Source: Candidatus Micrarchaeota archaeon (GTDB lineage Archaea; B1Sed10-29). Taken from it: a stretch of 40,807 nucleotides of DNA. Shown here in pieces: positions 9,037 through 18,078 of this stretch; positions within the stretch are counted from its first letter, which is position 1, and every line of letters starts with the position of its first letter. The stretch lies in contig CAYLXZ010000004.1 of assembly GCA_964388265.1 (NCBI GenBank), positions 1-40,807 of the forward strand. Reading direction: 5' to 3'. Made by a program: the position numbers and the translations under genes. A model generated the notes under the pieces. That model was not told the DNA's origin. It saw only the letters and a program-made list of their open reading frames with translations, and searched no databases.

Positions 9037-10326
9037 CTACTCTTCTGCTCTCAGGAGCCATTTCCAGAGAGAAATGAGTCTGATCTTCTTCCCATTCTCT
9101 TTTTTTACCTTCTCTTGACTTCCTGTGATGATTATCCCTTGGTCTAAGTCGAATTCTTTAAGGCTGGAGAGGAGGGAGTTTATTTCTCTTTCTTCAGCTT
9201 CTTCAAAGTCGTAGCATACTTGTATGGCTTTTTCTATATCCCTATCTTTCTTGACTAGGAAATCTGTTTCTCTGCCTTTGCTATCTTTCCAGTAGTATAC
9301 TTCATTTCCTCTTCTCTTGAGATCCAGGAATACGATGTTTTCGTAGAGCATACCTGCATCTTGTCTAAAGCGAAATCCGGTTGAGTTTCTAAGCCCAGGG
9401 TCGATACAGTAGATTTTTTTAGGTCTGGCTTGTTGTTTTTTAATCGAGTAGGAGAATACGGGCATCTGGAAGATGTAGTGGGCTTTTTCCATTTCATTGA
9501 GGTACTTTGCCACGGTGTCTGTGGAGATTCCAAGATGTTTACCGATCCTGTTGTAGCTGAGGAGGTTAGATATGTTCGGTAGTAGGTAGTTCTTAAGTTT
9601 CTCTACCTTTTCAGGTTTATTAACAGAGGATTTTTCTATAACATCTCTGTATAGGATGGTGTCCGAGTAGAATCCGAGAAGCTCTTTCTTCATCTCTTCT
9701 TCTTCCTCTAAGACTACTTCGGGGAATCCTCCCCATTCTAAGTATTCTCTGAGTGCGTGTTTTATTGCTTTGTTTTCTGAGAGTTTTTCCAGATTTCCTT
9801 CTGCGTCTATACCCTTTGCTTTAAGTATTTCTTTGAAGCTGAAGGGATACATGTTAAAGTATGTGGATCTTCCTGCTAATGTTGAGCTTATCTCTTTCTT
9901 CATCAACCGGGATCCTGATAGGAATATCTTTACTTTATCTTTGTTTAGGTCGAATATTCTTTTCACGGTTTCGTCCCATCTTTCGGTGTTTTGAACTTCA
10001 TCTAGAAATAGGTATGTTCTGCCTTCTGGGTTCATGAGCTCCGAGTATTTTTCCTGAGCTTGCTCTATCACTGGTTCTTCCACTCTTTCATCATCGCATT
10101 TAATGAAGAGTATGTTTTCAGGTGGAACCCCCTGGTTTTCAAGTAGTTTTTTAATCGTTATGTACATCATAGTGGTTTTTCCGCTTCTCCTGGTTCCAGT
10201 GAGACTTATCACTTCTTTCCTCTTAATCCAGGGCTTTATTTCTTCCCATTTATCCCTTTCAACGTACTCTGGGTTAAATTCACGGTTCCACCATGGATTC
10301 CATTCGAGCAGGATCTCTTCATCCAT
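9037..10326 (-). CDS. AAA+ ATP-binding protein (COG1373/DUF4143 type) with C-terminal PD-(D/E)XK-like domain
   Basis: N-terminal WNPWW, Walker A GTRRSGKT, Walker B LFLDEVQ, GGFPE, KIYCIDPG, ETDFLV..AIQVC. Confidence 0.9.
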   Translation of the reverse strand: MDEEILLEWNPWWNREFNPEYVERDKWEEIKPWIKRKEVISLTGTRRSGKTTMMYITIKKLLENQGVPPENILFIKCDDERVEEPVIEQAQEKYSELMNPEGRTYLFLDEVQNTERWDETVKRIFDLNKDKVKIFLSGSRLMKKEISSTLAGRSTYFNMYPFSFKEILKAKGIDAEGNLEKLSENKAIKHALREYLEWGGFPEVVLEEEEEMKKELLGFYSDTILYRDVIEKSSVNKPEKVEKLKNYLLPNISNLLSYNRIGKHLGISTDTVAKYLNEMEKAHYIFQMPVFSYSIKKQQARPKKIYCIDPGLRNSTGFRFRQDAGMLYENIVFLDLKRRGNEVYYWKDSKGRETDFLVKKDRDIEKAIQVCYDFEEAEEREINSLLSSLKEFDLDQGIIITGSQEKVKKENGKKIRLISLWKWLLRAEE

Positions 10327-10383
10327 TTTTACCCTCTTTAAGGTTCTTTTTTTTATATTATATTTATATTTAGAAGAAGAGCC

Positions 10384-10454
10384 TTTAAAAAGGTTTCGAT
10401 TTGATTCGACATAAACCTGGGCTTTCCATCGATTCCTTTCGAAGGCTTTTTAAA
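10384..10454. promoter_or_regulatory. Inverted pair of BRE-TATA-like elements
   Basis: Minus strand CGAAACCTTTTTAAA (10398-10384) faces the ATPase gene; plus strand CGAAGGCTTTTTAAA (10440-10454) faces the proS 3' end. Confidence 0.45.
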
Positions 10455-10455
10455 C

Positions 10456-11904
10456 CTAATACTCTTTCCCGATATAAACTACTTCGTTTGATTTTTCTCC
10501 GCAGACTATGCATTCTCCGTCTGGTTTCTCGTCTTTATGGTGTATTGTTCCTCTTACTTTAGCTCCCTTGGTCTCTGCTGTTAGTATATCTGCGCATTCT
10601 TCTCCGTCTTCATCTATGCTGCACCAGCTGGCTCTAGCTATCTTACCTTGACTTACTATTTCTTCTACGTCTTCTATTGACTCGGCGTCCACTATGTTTC
10701 CTTCGAATTCTTCTTGAGCTTGTTCTCTGAGGTTATTCACTATTTTCCTTTGAGTTTCTTCTATGTATTCCTTGAGTTCATCTCTCTTTATTTCTTCTCT
10801 TTCTCCTGTATCTCTTCTATTTATGGTTAACTTGTTTTCTTCTAGTTCGTTTTCACCTATCTCTATTCTGAGGGGTACGCCCATCATTTCCCAGTGGTTG
10901 AATTTTTCTCCTGGTGTGTCATCGGAGTCATCGATCTTTACTCTTACGTTCATTTCCTCTAGTTCTTCCTTAATATCTCTAGATAGATCTATTATCTCTT
11001 TGTTTTCTCCGTGTAGTATTGGCACTATAACTATTTGGATTGGAGCTACTTCCCAGGTTAATCTAAGGCCTTTGTTGTCTCCGTGGGTTGCTATGTAGGC
11101 TGCGTATATTCTTCCTACGGCTGGTCCGAAGCACGTTTGCCATACGTGTTTCTCTTCACCGTCTCTGTCTTCGTAGGTTATGTCGAATGCTTCTGAGAAG
11201 TTTTTTCCAAGTAGGTGGGTGCTTGGTATCTGTAGGAAACGTCCATCTGGCATGAATGCGTCCGCTCCAAATGTGTGGACTGCTCCTGAGAACTTATCCC
11301 ATTCTGGTCTCTTGAAGTAGTAGAATGGCACGCCGAGTTTACCAGTGATCACATCCTGAGCTATGTCTATGTCTTCTTCTACTTGTTTTTCTGCTTCTTC
11401 TCTGGTTTTGAATGCGTCGTGTGCTTCTATCCATTCGAACTCTCGGTCTCTGAGCAGTGGCCTGGTGTGTTTGGTTTCGTGTCTCCAGGTTGGGCATCTT
11501 TGATAGGCTTTGAACGGGAGATCTCGGTAACTCGTGATCCATCTGCTGTACATTGTGTACATCACGGTTTCGCTGGTTGGTGTCAGCCCCAGTCTCTCGG
11601 GCAGTTCTTTTCCTCCGCCGTGTGTTACCCAGAATACTTCTGGTTCGAATCCTTCTATGTGGTCGGCTTCTTTCTGTAGGATTGATTCGGGTATGACGTT
11701 TGGGAACCTTGTTTTCTTGTGTTTTGTTTCTTTGAGTTTGTTTTCGAGCATTTCTTGTATTTGGTCTTCCATGAACTCTCCGTTTGGCATGTGTGCGACA
11801 AATCCTTTGACTGGGTATTTCTTGTCGACTAGTTTGGCTTTTTTGAGTATCTCGTCGAGCCATTCGGAGAAGTTTTCTTCTTTGTCTATGTTGAATTCAA
11901 CCAT
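10456..11904 (-). CDS. proS: Proline--tRNA ligase (archaeal/eukaryotic type)
   Basis: PTSET, SYRDLP, RHETKHTRPLLRDREF, HGDNKGL, anticodon domain PGEKFNHWEMMGVPLRIEIG, C-terminal CIVCG...Y. Confidence 0.97.
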   Translation of the reverse strand: MVEFNIDKEENFSEWLDEILKKAKLVDKKYPVKGFVAHMPNGEFMEDQIQEMLENKLKETKHKKTRFPNVIPESILQKEADHIEGFEPEVFWVTHGGGKELPERLGLTPTSETVMYTMYSRWITSYRDLPFKAYQRCPTWRHETKHTRPLLRDREFEWIEAHDAFKTREEAEKQVEEDIDIAQDVITGKLGVPFYYFKRPEWDKFSGAVHTFGADAFMPDGRFLQIPSTHLLGKNFSEAFDITYEDRDGEEKHVWQTCFGPAVGRIYAAYIATHGDNKGLRLTWEVAPIQIVIVPILHGENKEIIDLSRDIKEELEEMNVRVKIDDSDDTPGEKFNHWEMMGVPLRIEIGENELEENKLTINRRDTGEREEIKRDELKEYIEETQRKIVNNLREQAQEEFEGNIVDAESIEDVEEIVSQGKIARASWCSIDEDGEECADILTAETKGAKVRGTIHHKDEKPDGECIVCGEKSNEVVYIGKEY

Positions 11905-11996
11905 GTTATCATGTTTCGCTATTTTCTTTTTATTAATCTCCGTGGGATATATAAATCCTGGAATTGTATTTCTTTTTGGGTTTGGGGTTGGAGGAG

Positions 11997-12266
11997 TCAG
12001 GTTTTGTTTTTCTTTTCTTCTTTTTCTATTTCTTTTAGGCTTCTGTCTATGATTTTTTCAGCGATTTCTGTACCTATTTCTTCTTTTTTTATCAGTGAAT
12101 TATATAGTTTCCCGAGTTTTAGAGGTCCTTCTTCTTTTTGGATTATTTCTCTTAGTTTTTTCTTTGTTTCAGGTAGTTCTTTTTTTATGAGGTTCTCTGT
12201 CTTTTTCTCTTTTCCTCTTTTTCCTGTTTTTTTCGCTTGTTTGTTTTTATTTATCTTCTTTTTCAT
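11997..12266 (-). CDS. Small Lys/Glu-rich hypothetical protein
   Basis: 89-aa ORF with the local A-rich sense-strand composition, filling the gap upstream of proS; no recognised motif. Confidence 0.5.
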   Translation of the reverse strand: MKKKINKNKQAKKTGKRGKEKKTENLIKKELPETKKKLREIIQKEEGPLKLGKLYNSLIKKEEIGTEIAEKIIDRSLKEIEKEEKKNKT

Positions 12267-12381
12267 TGTGAATCATATTTAAATTGTTCTTCTGGATTAA
12301 AACTCTTTCGTAGTGATTGTTGTGGTGGTGTTTTCTATGGTTATTTTTTTATCTCTCGGTGATTAAATTATAGTGAGTAAT

Positions 12382-12738
12382 ATGAATTTGATTTACTGCG
12401 CTACACCTGGTCGAATAAGTGACCGTAAAGAGGAGATAATGGATTTTGTTGAGGAGAAGGGAGATGCTCCTTTCCATCCTTTCCAGGCTTACCCCTATGA
12501 GAGGTTCGAGGGAGGAGAGCCTGGTAGGGAGAACACGATTGAGTTCTGTAAGAGAGCTGTAGATATCTGTGATGAACTATGGTTATTTGGAGTGTCTGAA
12601 GGAACTTTAACTGAGTTAAAGTATGCTTTGGAGGAAGATAAGCCTGTTAGGAAGTTCTTGGAGTTTGATCCGGATTGGAGAGAAAGATATAAGGAGCTTA
12701 AAAGAGATCGAGGTGATCTCTTAGAGAAAATTGAATAG
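12382..12738 (+). CDS. Small Rossmann-like protein (nucleoside 2-deoxyribosyltransferase-like, DUF4406-type)
   Basis: LIYCATP...PFHP...VDICDELWLFGVSEGTLTELKYA pattern. Start is ATG 12382 or GTG 12373. Confidence 0.65.
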   Translation: MNLIYCATPGRISDRKEEIMDFVEEKGDAPFHPFQAYPYERFEGGEPGRENTIEFCKRAVDICDELWLFGVSEGTLTELKYALEEDKPVRKFLEFDPDWRERYKELKRDRGDLLEKIE

Positions 12739-12740
12739 AG

Positions 12741-13136
12741 TTATTCTTTTATTCTTGTTATTTCTTTGTGGTCCATGACTTGTTTGAATTCCACTGTTTG
12801 TCCTTGTTCTATCTTGTCAGCTAGGTCGTCTGGCTTGTCGAGCTCGAAGTTCTCGTAGCTTTCCATGTCCATTAGCTGTACTCTGTCTCCCATGTCTGCT
12901 ACTACTTGTGCTTCTTTTCTGATTACTCGAGGTATCTTTGCTCTTTCATCGGTTGGCTTGACGAACTGTTTCTTTGATCCGTCTATCACGGATTCTGTTT
13001 TTACTCTTGCTTTTGCATGTCCGTGTTTACCTGGTCTGCTGACTGAGATTGACTTGATTTTGCAGGGTACGTCGTCTATCATGACTACGTCTCCTTCTTT
13101 TAGGTCTTTTACTTCTCCCATTTCGTATTTAGCCAT
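12741..13136 (-). CDS. eif5a: Translation factor aIF-5A
   Basis: Hypusine-site motif SRPGKHGHAKAR; VQLMDMESYENF. Confidence 0.97.
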   Translation of the reverse strand: MAKYEMGEVKDLKEGDVVMIDDVPCKIKSISVSRPGKHGHAKARVKTESVIDGSKKQFVKPTDERAKIPRVIRKEAQVVADMGDRVQLMDMESYENFELDKPDDLADKIEQGQTVEFKQVMDHKEITRIKE

Positions 13137-13210
13137 TTTTCCACTCTCCTTGTTTTCTAGTTTCAGTTTCCTGTATTATTAACTGAATCCTGGTTTTTAA
13201 TCTTCGGTTC

Positions 13211-13621
13211 TTATGTGGAGAACATCACGATCGCGGCAAGAGCCAGAGCCATACCTATTCCTTGTTTGAAGCTAGGAGTTTCACCTAGGAAGATGCTCGC
13301 TAGCATGATGGTTACTAAGGGGTATAGAGCTGTCATGGCAGCTACCACAGATACCTTGCCTTTGTTCACCGCGAAAAGGAAGAAAAGAGTTCCTAGAACA
13401 CCTGCTACTCCTGTTAAGATAGCGAATGTGAATCCCTTTGGATGGAATTGAAGGCCTGATCCAATGAAAACAAATATAAATGCTCCTATGATAGCCATGC
13501 CTAGAGCCCCGTAGACCAAAGCGCTCTTCGGGTCAATATGATTCGTAGCTAGCTTTGGGAAAAAACCCCATAAGCCCCAGAGCAACAGCGCGACAAAAGC
13601 AGAAAATATCCATTCATTCAT
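13211..13621 (-). CDS. EamA/DMT family transporter (single repeat)
   Basis: LLWGLWGFFPKLA, GKVSVVAAMTALYP, FLGE, about 5 TM helices; start overlaps the upstream gene's end. Confidence 0.88.
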   Translation of the reverse strand: MNEWIFSAFVALLLWGLWGFFPKLATNHIDPKSALVYGALGMAIIGAFIFVFIGSGLQFHPKGFTFAILTGVAGVLGTLFFLFAVNKGKVSVVAAMTALYPLVTIMLASIFLGETPSFKQGIGMALALAAIVMFST

Positions 13622-14681
13622 CTTCAATCCTCTCCTCTATGTCTTCTATATCTTCTTCATCCGTCTTATAGCTCTTCACACCCAGGTAATAAGCGGCTAA
13701 CAGCCCGATTCCGGTTAGTATCCAGAACTCTATCAATCTATCCAGGATCGTGTGAGCACCCGCACCAGCAAGAGCTACTCCCGCGGTAGATAGAATAACC
13801 AACCTAACTGTTTCAACCGATCCAAGCCCACCTGGAAGGAAAGGAATCAAACCAGCGGTCTGAGATAAAACAATTAAAGAAATTATCAATACAGGATGAA
13901 CCTCCAGGCCAATAGCAAGGAACACGAAGTAAGCTCTCAGGATATCGAAAACCCACATCACTCCAGACATCGACATCGACTTCAACCAAAGCCCAGGTTT
14001 CTTCAAATACGTTTTCAAGTTCTCACTATGTTCCCTGAAGTCTTGTTTGAATTTCTCTTCAGCTTCCTTCAAAGGCTTAAACTTCTTGATAAGTCTCTCA
14101 AGCTTGTTAATAAGCCATATACCTATCTTTAATCCAAAGGTCTCCGAAGTAACAGTGTAGACAATTAAGAGTATTCCAAATACTCCGAGCACACAGATCA
14201 ATAACAATATACTAAGCACCCAGATCGGTAGATGGAAGAGAAATACAGCTGAAACAATTCCAATGAACGTAATTAAGATGAAGAAAGCCATGTCAAATAT
14301 TCTTTCAGCTATAATGGTGGCGAGAGTTTCCTTCGTACTCCTACCAGTTTCCTTATTAAGGAAGTAGCTTCTAGCTGCCTCTCCACCTGTCCTAGCACTA
14401 GGAGTTAAGTTAGATATAGATATACCTGCGAAAGTTATCTGAAGAAGCTTCCAAGTAGATACATCCATTCCAGCGTCATCTACCACTACTTTCCAACGAC
14501 CCATCAAAGCCAAGACGGATAAGAGCTCGAATCCAATAGCTATAGCTAGGTAACGTAAATTAGCCATGGAAAAAGTTGAAATAACTCTTTCCTTACCCAT
14601 CAATAGACCGATAGCGAATATGACTACTAGACCCAAACCAACTGATGTGAATAAGAGTTTCCTCAAGTCCAGTTCAACCAC
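13614..14681 (-). CDS. UPF0104 / lysylphosphatidylglycerol synthase TM-domain (flippase-like) membrane protein
   Basis: RW, NLTPSARTGGE, ERIFD, PFLPGGLGSVE, LDRLIEFW motifs. Confidence 0.9.
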   Translation of the reverse strand: MVELDLRKLLFTSVGLGLVVIFAIGLLMGKERVISTFSMANLRYLAIAIGFELLSVLALMGRWKVVVDDAGMDVSTWKLLQITFAGISISNLTPSARTGGEAARSYFLNKETGRSTKETLATIIAERIFDMAFFILITFIGIVSAVFLFHLPIWVLSILLLICVLGVFGILLIVYTVTSETFGLKIGIWLINKLERLIKKFKPLKEAEEKFKQDFREHSENLKTYLKKPGLWLKSMSMSGVMWVFDILRAYFVFLAIGLEVHPVLIISLIVLSQTAGLIPFLPGGLGSVETVRLVILSTAGVALAGAGAHTILDRLIEFWILTGIGLLAAYYLGVKSYKTDEEDIEDIEERIEDE

Positions 14682-14769
14682 CTTCTACACGTCTTAAAAC
14701 ACTTAAGGTTTAATTACCTTAATGTCCTTAACTAAACAGTGAACTCGGTGCAGCTAACAGGTGAGATAA

Positions 14770-15225
14770 TTGTTTGAAAGAGTGAAGAAGAAACTGAAAA
14801 GAAAGGAAGAAGAGGAAACCCTGACACACGTAGCTCTGTTCATAGACGGTCCGAACATGCTCAGAGGCGAGTTCGACCTGGATCTAGCCGAAGTAAAAGC
14901 AAGGCTAGAGAAAATAGGTTCCTTGAAAGTAGGGAAAGTTTACCTAGATCAATACGCACCAGAGAAACTCATAGAAGCAGTTACAAACCAAGGGTTCGAA
15001 CCAACAGTAATAACAACAGCAGACGTGGACGCACCAATGGCAGCCGATGCAATGGAAGCAGTATACAACGAAAACATAGACATAATCTCCCTAATGACAA
15101 GAGACTCCGACTTCCAAAGAGTACTGCTAAAAGCAAAAGAAAAAGGAAAAGGAACAGTCGTAGTAGGATCAGAACCAATAGCAGCAGCACTAAAAAACAC
15201 GGCGGACGAAGTAATATCACTATAA
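14770..15225 (+). CDS. NYN domain protein (TIGR00288-like, PIN-fold)
   Basis: LFIDGPNMLR, DVD, TRDSDF, ALKNTAD; TTG start after AGGTGA. Confidence 0.9.
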   Translation: MFERVKKKLKRKEEEETLTHVALFIDGPNMLRGEFDLDLAEVKARLEKIGSLKVGKVYLDQYAPEKLIEAVTNQGFEPTVITTADVDAPMAADAMEAVYNENIDIISLMTRDSDFQRVLLKAKEKGKGTVVVGSEPIAAALKNTADEVISL

Positions 15226-15288
15226 ACCAAAGAACAAACCAAAGAACATATTTAAAAAACAACTCATTAATATCTTACAGGTGAACAG

Positions 15289-15864
15289 ATGAACGTTCCA
15301 ACAGGCGAACCAATAGAAAGAGGAACAAAAGTACCAAAAATAAATCCAAGACAATACATAGAAAGCCTGATGGACAAAGATTTCGACGGATACATCTCCA
15401 TAACCATAAAAGGAGAAACAGGACTAGAAGAAGGAACCCTAGTATACCAAGAAGGCGAGATAGTGAGTTCAGACTACCTGTACTTCCGATACAATAAACA
15501 ATACAAAGCAAAAGACGGATTAAAAAGAACATTAAACGCTTTTAATTCACGTAATGGGATAATAGACACCTACAAACTATCATCACATCAAACACAGTTA
15601 ATACTAACAATGAACAGAGACTGCAAGCTAATGGAACCGATAAACAAGGAAAAACTAGACATACCAAGGAAATTCACACTAGAATACGAAGAAGAACTAA
15701 TAGAAGAAGAAACAAAACAACTAACAAGAGAACAACTCATGAAGAAATACGGATTAACAGGACTCAAAGAAAGCGAAGATACAGGAGGACAACTCATCCA
15801 AAAAGCCAGAGAAGAACACCGAACACTCGAAAAATTCCTGGAAAAAGAGAAGACAAAAAAATAA
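15289..15864 (+). CDS. DUF2226-like archaeal protein
   Basis: MNVPTG, FDGYISIT...GLEEGTLVYQEG, and a C-terminal REQLMKKYGL motif recalled from DUF2226 proteins. Confidence 0.65.
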   Translation: MNVPTGEPIERGTKVPKINPRQYIESLMDKDFDGYISITIKGETGLEEGTLVYQEGEIVSSDYLYFRYNKQYKAKDGLKRTLNAFNSRNGIIDTYKLSSHQTQLILTMNRDCKLMEPINKEKLDIPRKFTLEYEEELIEEETKQLTREQLMKKYGLTGLKESEDTGGQLIQKAREEHRTLEKFLEKEKTKK

Positions 15865-15888
15865 GGAAACACAAAACAAAGTGATAGA

Positions 15889-16317
15889 ATGACATTCAAA
15901 GAAAAAATATACCACATCGTAGGAAAAAAAACACCAGAAGAACAGATAAGAGAAAGAATAAAAATAATTCAACAACTAGTCCAAGAAAAAAGAAACATGG
16001 ATAAAAGCCCTGAAACGGACATAGAGAAAATAAAACAAGAATTCTACCTAGACGGACTAGCAATAGCAGACGAAAACGGAGAAATACTAGAATCCAATGG
16101 ATCAAAACAAGACTTCAAAGAAATACTAACCGAGACAGGATTACTGAACCAAGTTAAAGAAAATCTACCCGACACAGAGATACTCAAGATACGTAACAAC
16201 GGAAACAACCACATCATGTACAGGGAAAATGGAAAAGTATACTTCATGAAGACCCCTGGAAACGTTTCAATTCCAGAGATAAAGAGAATCACACAGAAAA
16301 TAAGAGGAGAGAACTAG
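15889..16317 (+). CDS. Hypothetical protein, possible roadblock/profilin-like C-terminal domain
   Basis: Helix followed by LDGLAIADENGEILES and a strand-strand-helix end; co-oriented between the DUF2226-like gene and minD. Confidence 0.55.
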   Translation: MTFKEKIYHIVGKKTPEEQIRERIKIIQQLVQEKRNMDKSPETDIEKIKQEFYLDGLAIADENGEILESNGSKQDFKEILTETGLLNQVKENLPDTEILKIRNNGNNHIMYRENGKVYFMKTPGNVSIPEIKRITQKIRGEN

Positions 16318-16318
16318 A

Positions 16319-17110
16319 ATGAACTCTGAAGAAACACGGAAAATATGCATAGCCTCAGGAAAAGGAGGCGTAGGGAAAACAGTGGTAACAGCAAACCTAG
16401 GAATCTCCCTAGCCCAATCAGGAGTAAAAACAATACTAGTAGACGCGGACCTAGACATGGCTAACCTAGAAATGATACTAGGAATGGAAGGAAGACCAAT
16501 AACACTACAAGACGTGATGAAAGACGAAGCAGACATAGAAGACTCAATATACAACGTAAGAGGCCAAGAAAACCTCAAGTTCGTACCAGCAGGAATCTCC
16601 CCAAACCAATTCAGACGAATGGATCCAGATAAATTCAAAAGAATAATAGACCAATTAACAGATAAAACCCAGATGCTAATACTCGACTCACCAGCAGGAA
16701 TAGGAAAAGACACAATCTCCTGCTTCAACGCATGCGAAGAAACACTACTAGTAGTCACACCCGAATCAATATCAGCAGCAGACGCATCAAAAGCAAAAAA
16801 CGCATCAGAAAAAATGGGAGCAGAAGTAAAAGGAGCAATAGTGAACCGAATACACGAAAAAAGATACGGAATGAACGACAAAGAAATAACATCCTTCCTA
16901 AACACACCAATACTTGTAAAGATAAAGGAAGATCCAAAGGTAAGGAAAGCTGTATCTGAAAAGGAACCAATGATCGACCGCTACCCAGAACACGAATTCA
17001 GCCAAAGAATAAAAGAACTAACAAAAGAATTAATAGGGAAACGACATATTAAAAAGAAGCCAAAGAAGAAAGGCTTACTATCAAAACTAAAAGGAATATT
17101 CAGCAGGTGA
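16319..17110 (+). CDS. minD: MinD-family ATPase
   Basis: Deviant Walker A SGKGGVGKT, VDADLDMANL, LDSPAG, C-terminal amphipathic GLLSKLKGIF. Confidence 0.93.
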   Translation: MNSEETRKICIASGKGGVGKTVVTANLGISLAQSGVKTILVDADLDMANLEMILGMEGRPITLQDVMKDEADIEDSIYNVRGQENLKFVPAGISPNQFRRMDPDKFKRIIDQLTDKTQMLILDSPAGIGKDTISCFNACEETLLVVTPESISAADASKAKNASEKMGAEVKGAIVNRIHEKRYGMNDKEITSFLNTPILVKIKEDPKVRKAVSEKEPMIDRYPEHEFSQRIKELTKELIGKRHIKKKPKKKGLLSKLKGIFSR

Positions 17111-17115
17111 TATAA

Positions 17116-17334
17116 ATGCCAGAACGACCATTCGACCTTTTAAACGACTCGATCGGCAACCAAGTGCTAGTGAATCTAAGAACAGGGAAAGAAATAAACG
17201 GAAAACTAGAAGCATTCGACCAACACATGAACCTAGTACTATCAGATGCCACAGAACTCCAAGATGGAGAAAGAAAACAAAAGATAGGTAAAGTAATCGT
17301 AAGAGGAGACAACATCTTCTACGTATCTACCTAA
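17116..17334 (+). CDS. Sm/Lsm-like RNA-binding protein (SmAP1)
   Basis: ERPFDLL, GKLEAFDQHMNLVL, IVRGDNI. Confidence 0.96.
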   Translation: MPERPFDLLNDSIGNQVLVNLRTGKEINGKLEAFDQHMNLVLSDATELQDGERKQKIGKVIVRGDNIFYVST

Positions 17335-17354
17335 AGGACTCCTCCAAGACTCAT

Positions 17355-17461
17355 GGGCCCGTAGATCAGTGGAAGATCGTGCCCTTGGCGAACCTACTTT
17401 TATTAACTTGACTAGTGATCCAAACTGGGCAAGGCCGTGGGTTCAAATCCCACCGGGTCCA
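17355..17461 (+). tRNA. tRNA-Ala(GGC) with a 35-nt intron (17391-17425) at position 37/38
   Basis: Acceptor GGGCCCG/CGGGTCC with G3:U70 and A73; anticodon stem TGCCC/GGGCA; BHB-like junction with central helix TTGG/CCAA and 3-nt bulges CGA and ACT; T arm GTGGG-TTCAAAT-CCCAC. Confidence 0.92.
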
Positions 17462-17465
17462 TCTT

Positions 17466-17478
17466 CAAATTTTTTCTA
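17466..17478 (+). terminator. Oligo-T terminator candidate after tRNA-Ala
   Basis: AAATTTTTTCT run immediately downstream of the tRNA. Confidence 0.45.
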
Positions 17479-17614
17479 TCCAAAGGTTCATCGCCCCTCC
17501 CCAGCGTAACTTCCAATATCCTTCTTTTGCAAACTTTTTCTAAAAGTTTATGTAGTGCCTAAAACCCATTTCCTTTTTAAGTGACTTTTCCTTATTTTAG
17601 ATGGAGGTGAAACA

Positions 17615-18034
17615 ATCAACAAAAAAATCATTATTCCCGTTACTCTGCTCTTTGCTGGATTATTCCTCACAGGATGCGTTAGCGGAGGACAACCACAGAC
17701 ACCAGGAGGAGTAGTAAAAGCATTCGTGAATGAAATGAACCAAGGGAACTTCCAAGCAGCAGCACAGTACATGACTAGTGAACAAGCTCAAGAGATAGAG
17801 AACGCAAACCAAACAGAAATGCAGAAAGCTAACCAAATGATGCAAGCAATGGATATCTCAGTCAAAGGAATCCAACAAGAAAACGTACAGGGAGACACGG
17901 CAAACGTAGTAGCAGAGCTAGAGATTTCAATGCAAGATCAAACACAGACCTCGAGCTCAACATTCAACCTAGTTAAAGAGAACGGTGAATGGAAGATACA
18001 AGAAGGAATGCAGAGCATGGGAGGCGCAAGCTAG
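17615..18034 (+). CDS. Predicted lipoprotein (DUF4878/NTF2-like), apparent ATC start
   Basis: In-frame extension of track ORF 17726 gives (I/M)NKKIIIPVTLLFAGLFLTGC with lipobox LTGC; PGGVVKAF and LVKENGEWKI motifs; GGAGGTGA at 17603-17610. Confidence 0.75.
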   Translation: MNKKIIIPVTLLFAGLFLTGCVSGGQPQTPGGVVKAFVNEMNQGNFQAAAQYMTSEQAQEIENANQTEMQKANQMMQAMDISVKGIQQENVQGDTANVVAELEISMQDQTQTSSSTFNLVKENGEWKIQEGMQSMGGAS

Positions 18035-18078
18035 AAACCTCTCTCCTTTTATCTTTTATTTTCTTAAAAACTCGAAAA

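Noticed and set aside
17462..18078. Integrated element at the tRNA-Ala 3' end
   Set aside because: No integrase and no duplicated tRNA 3' end seen; only a single lipoprotein gene follows.
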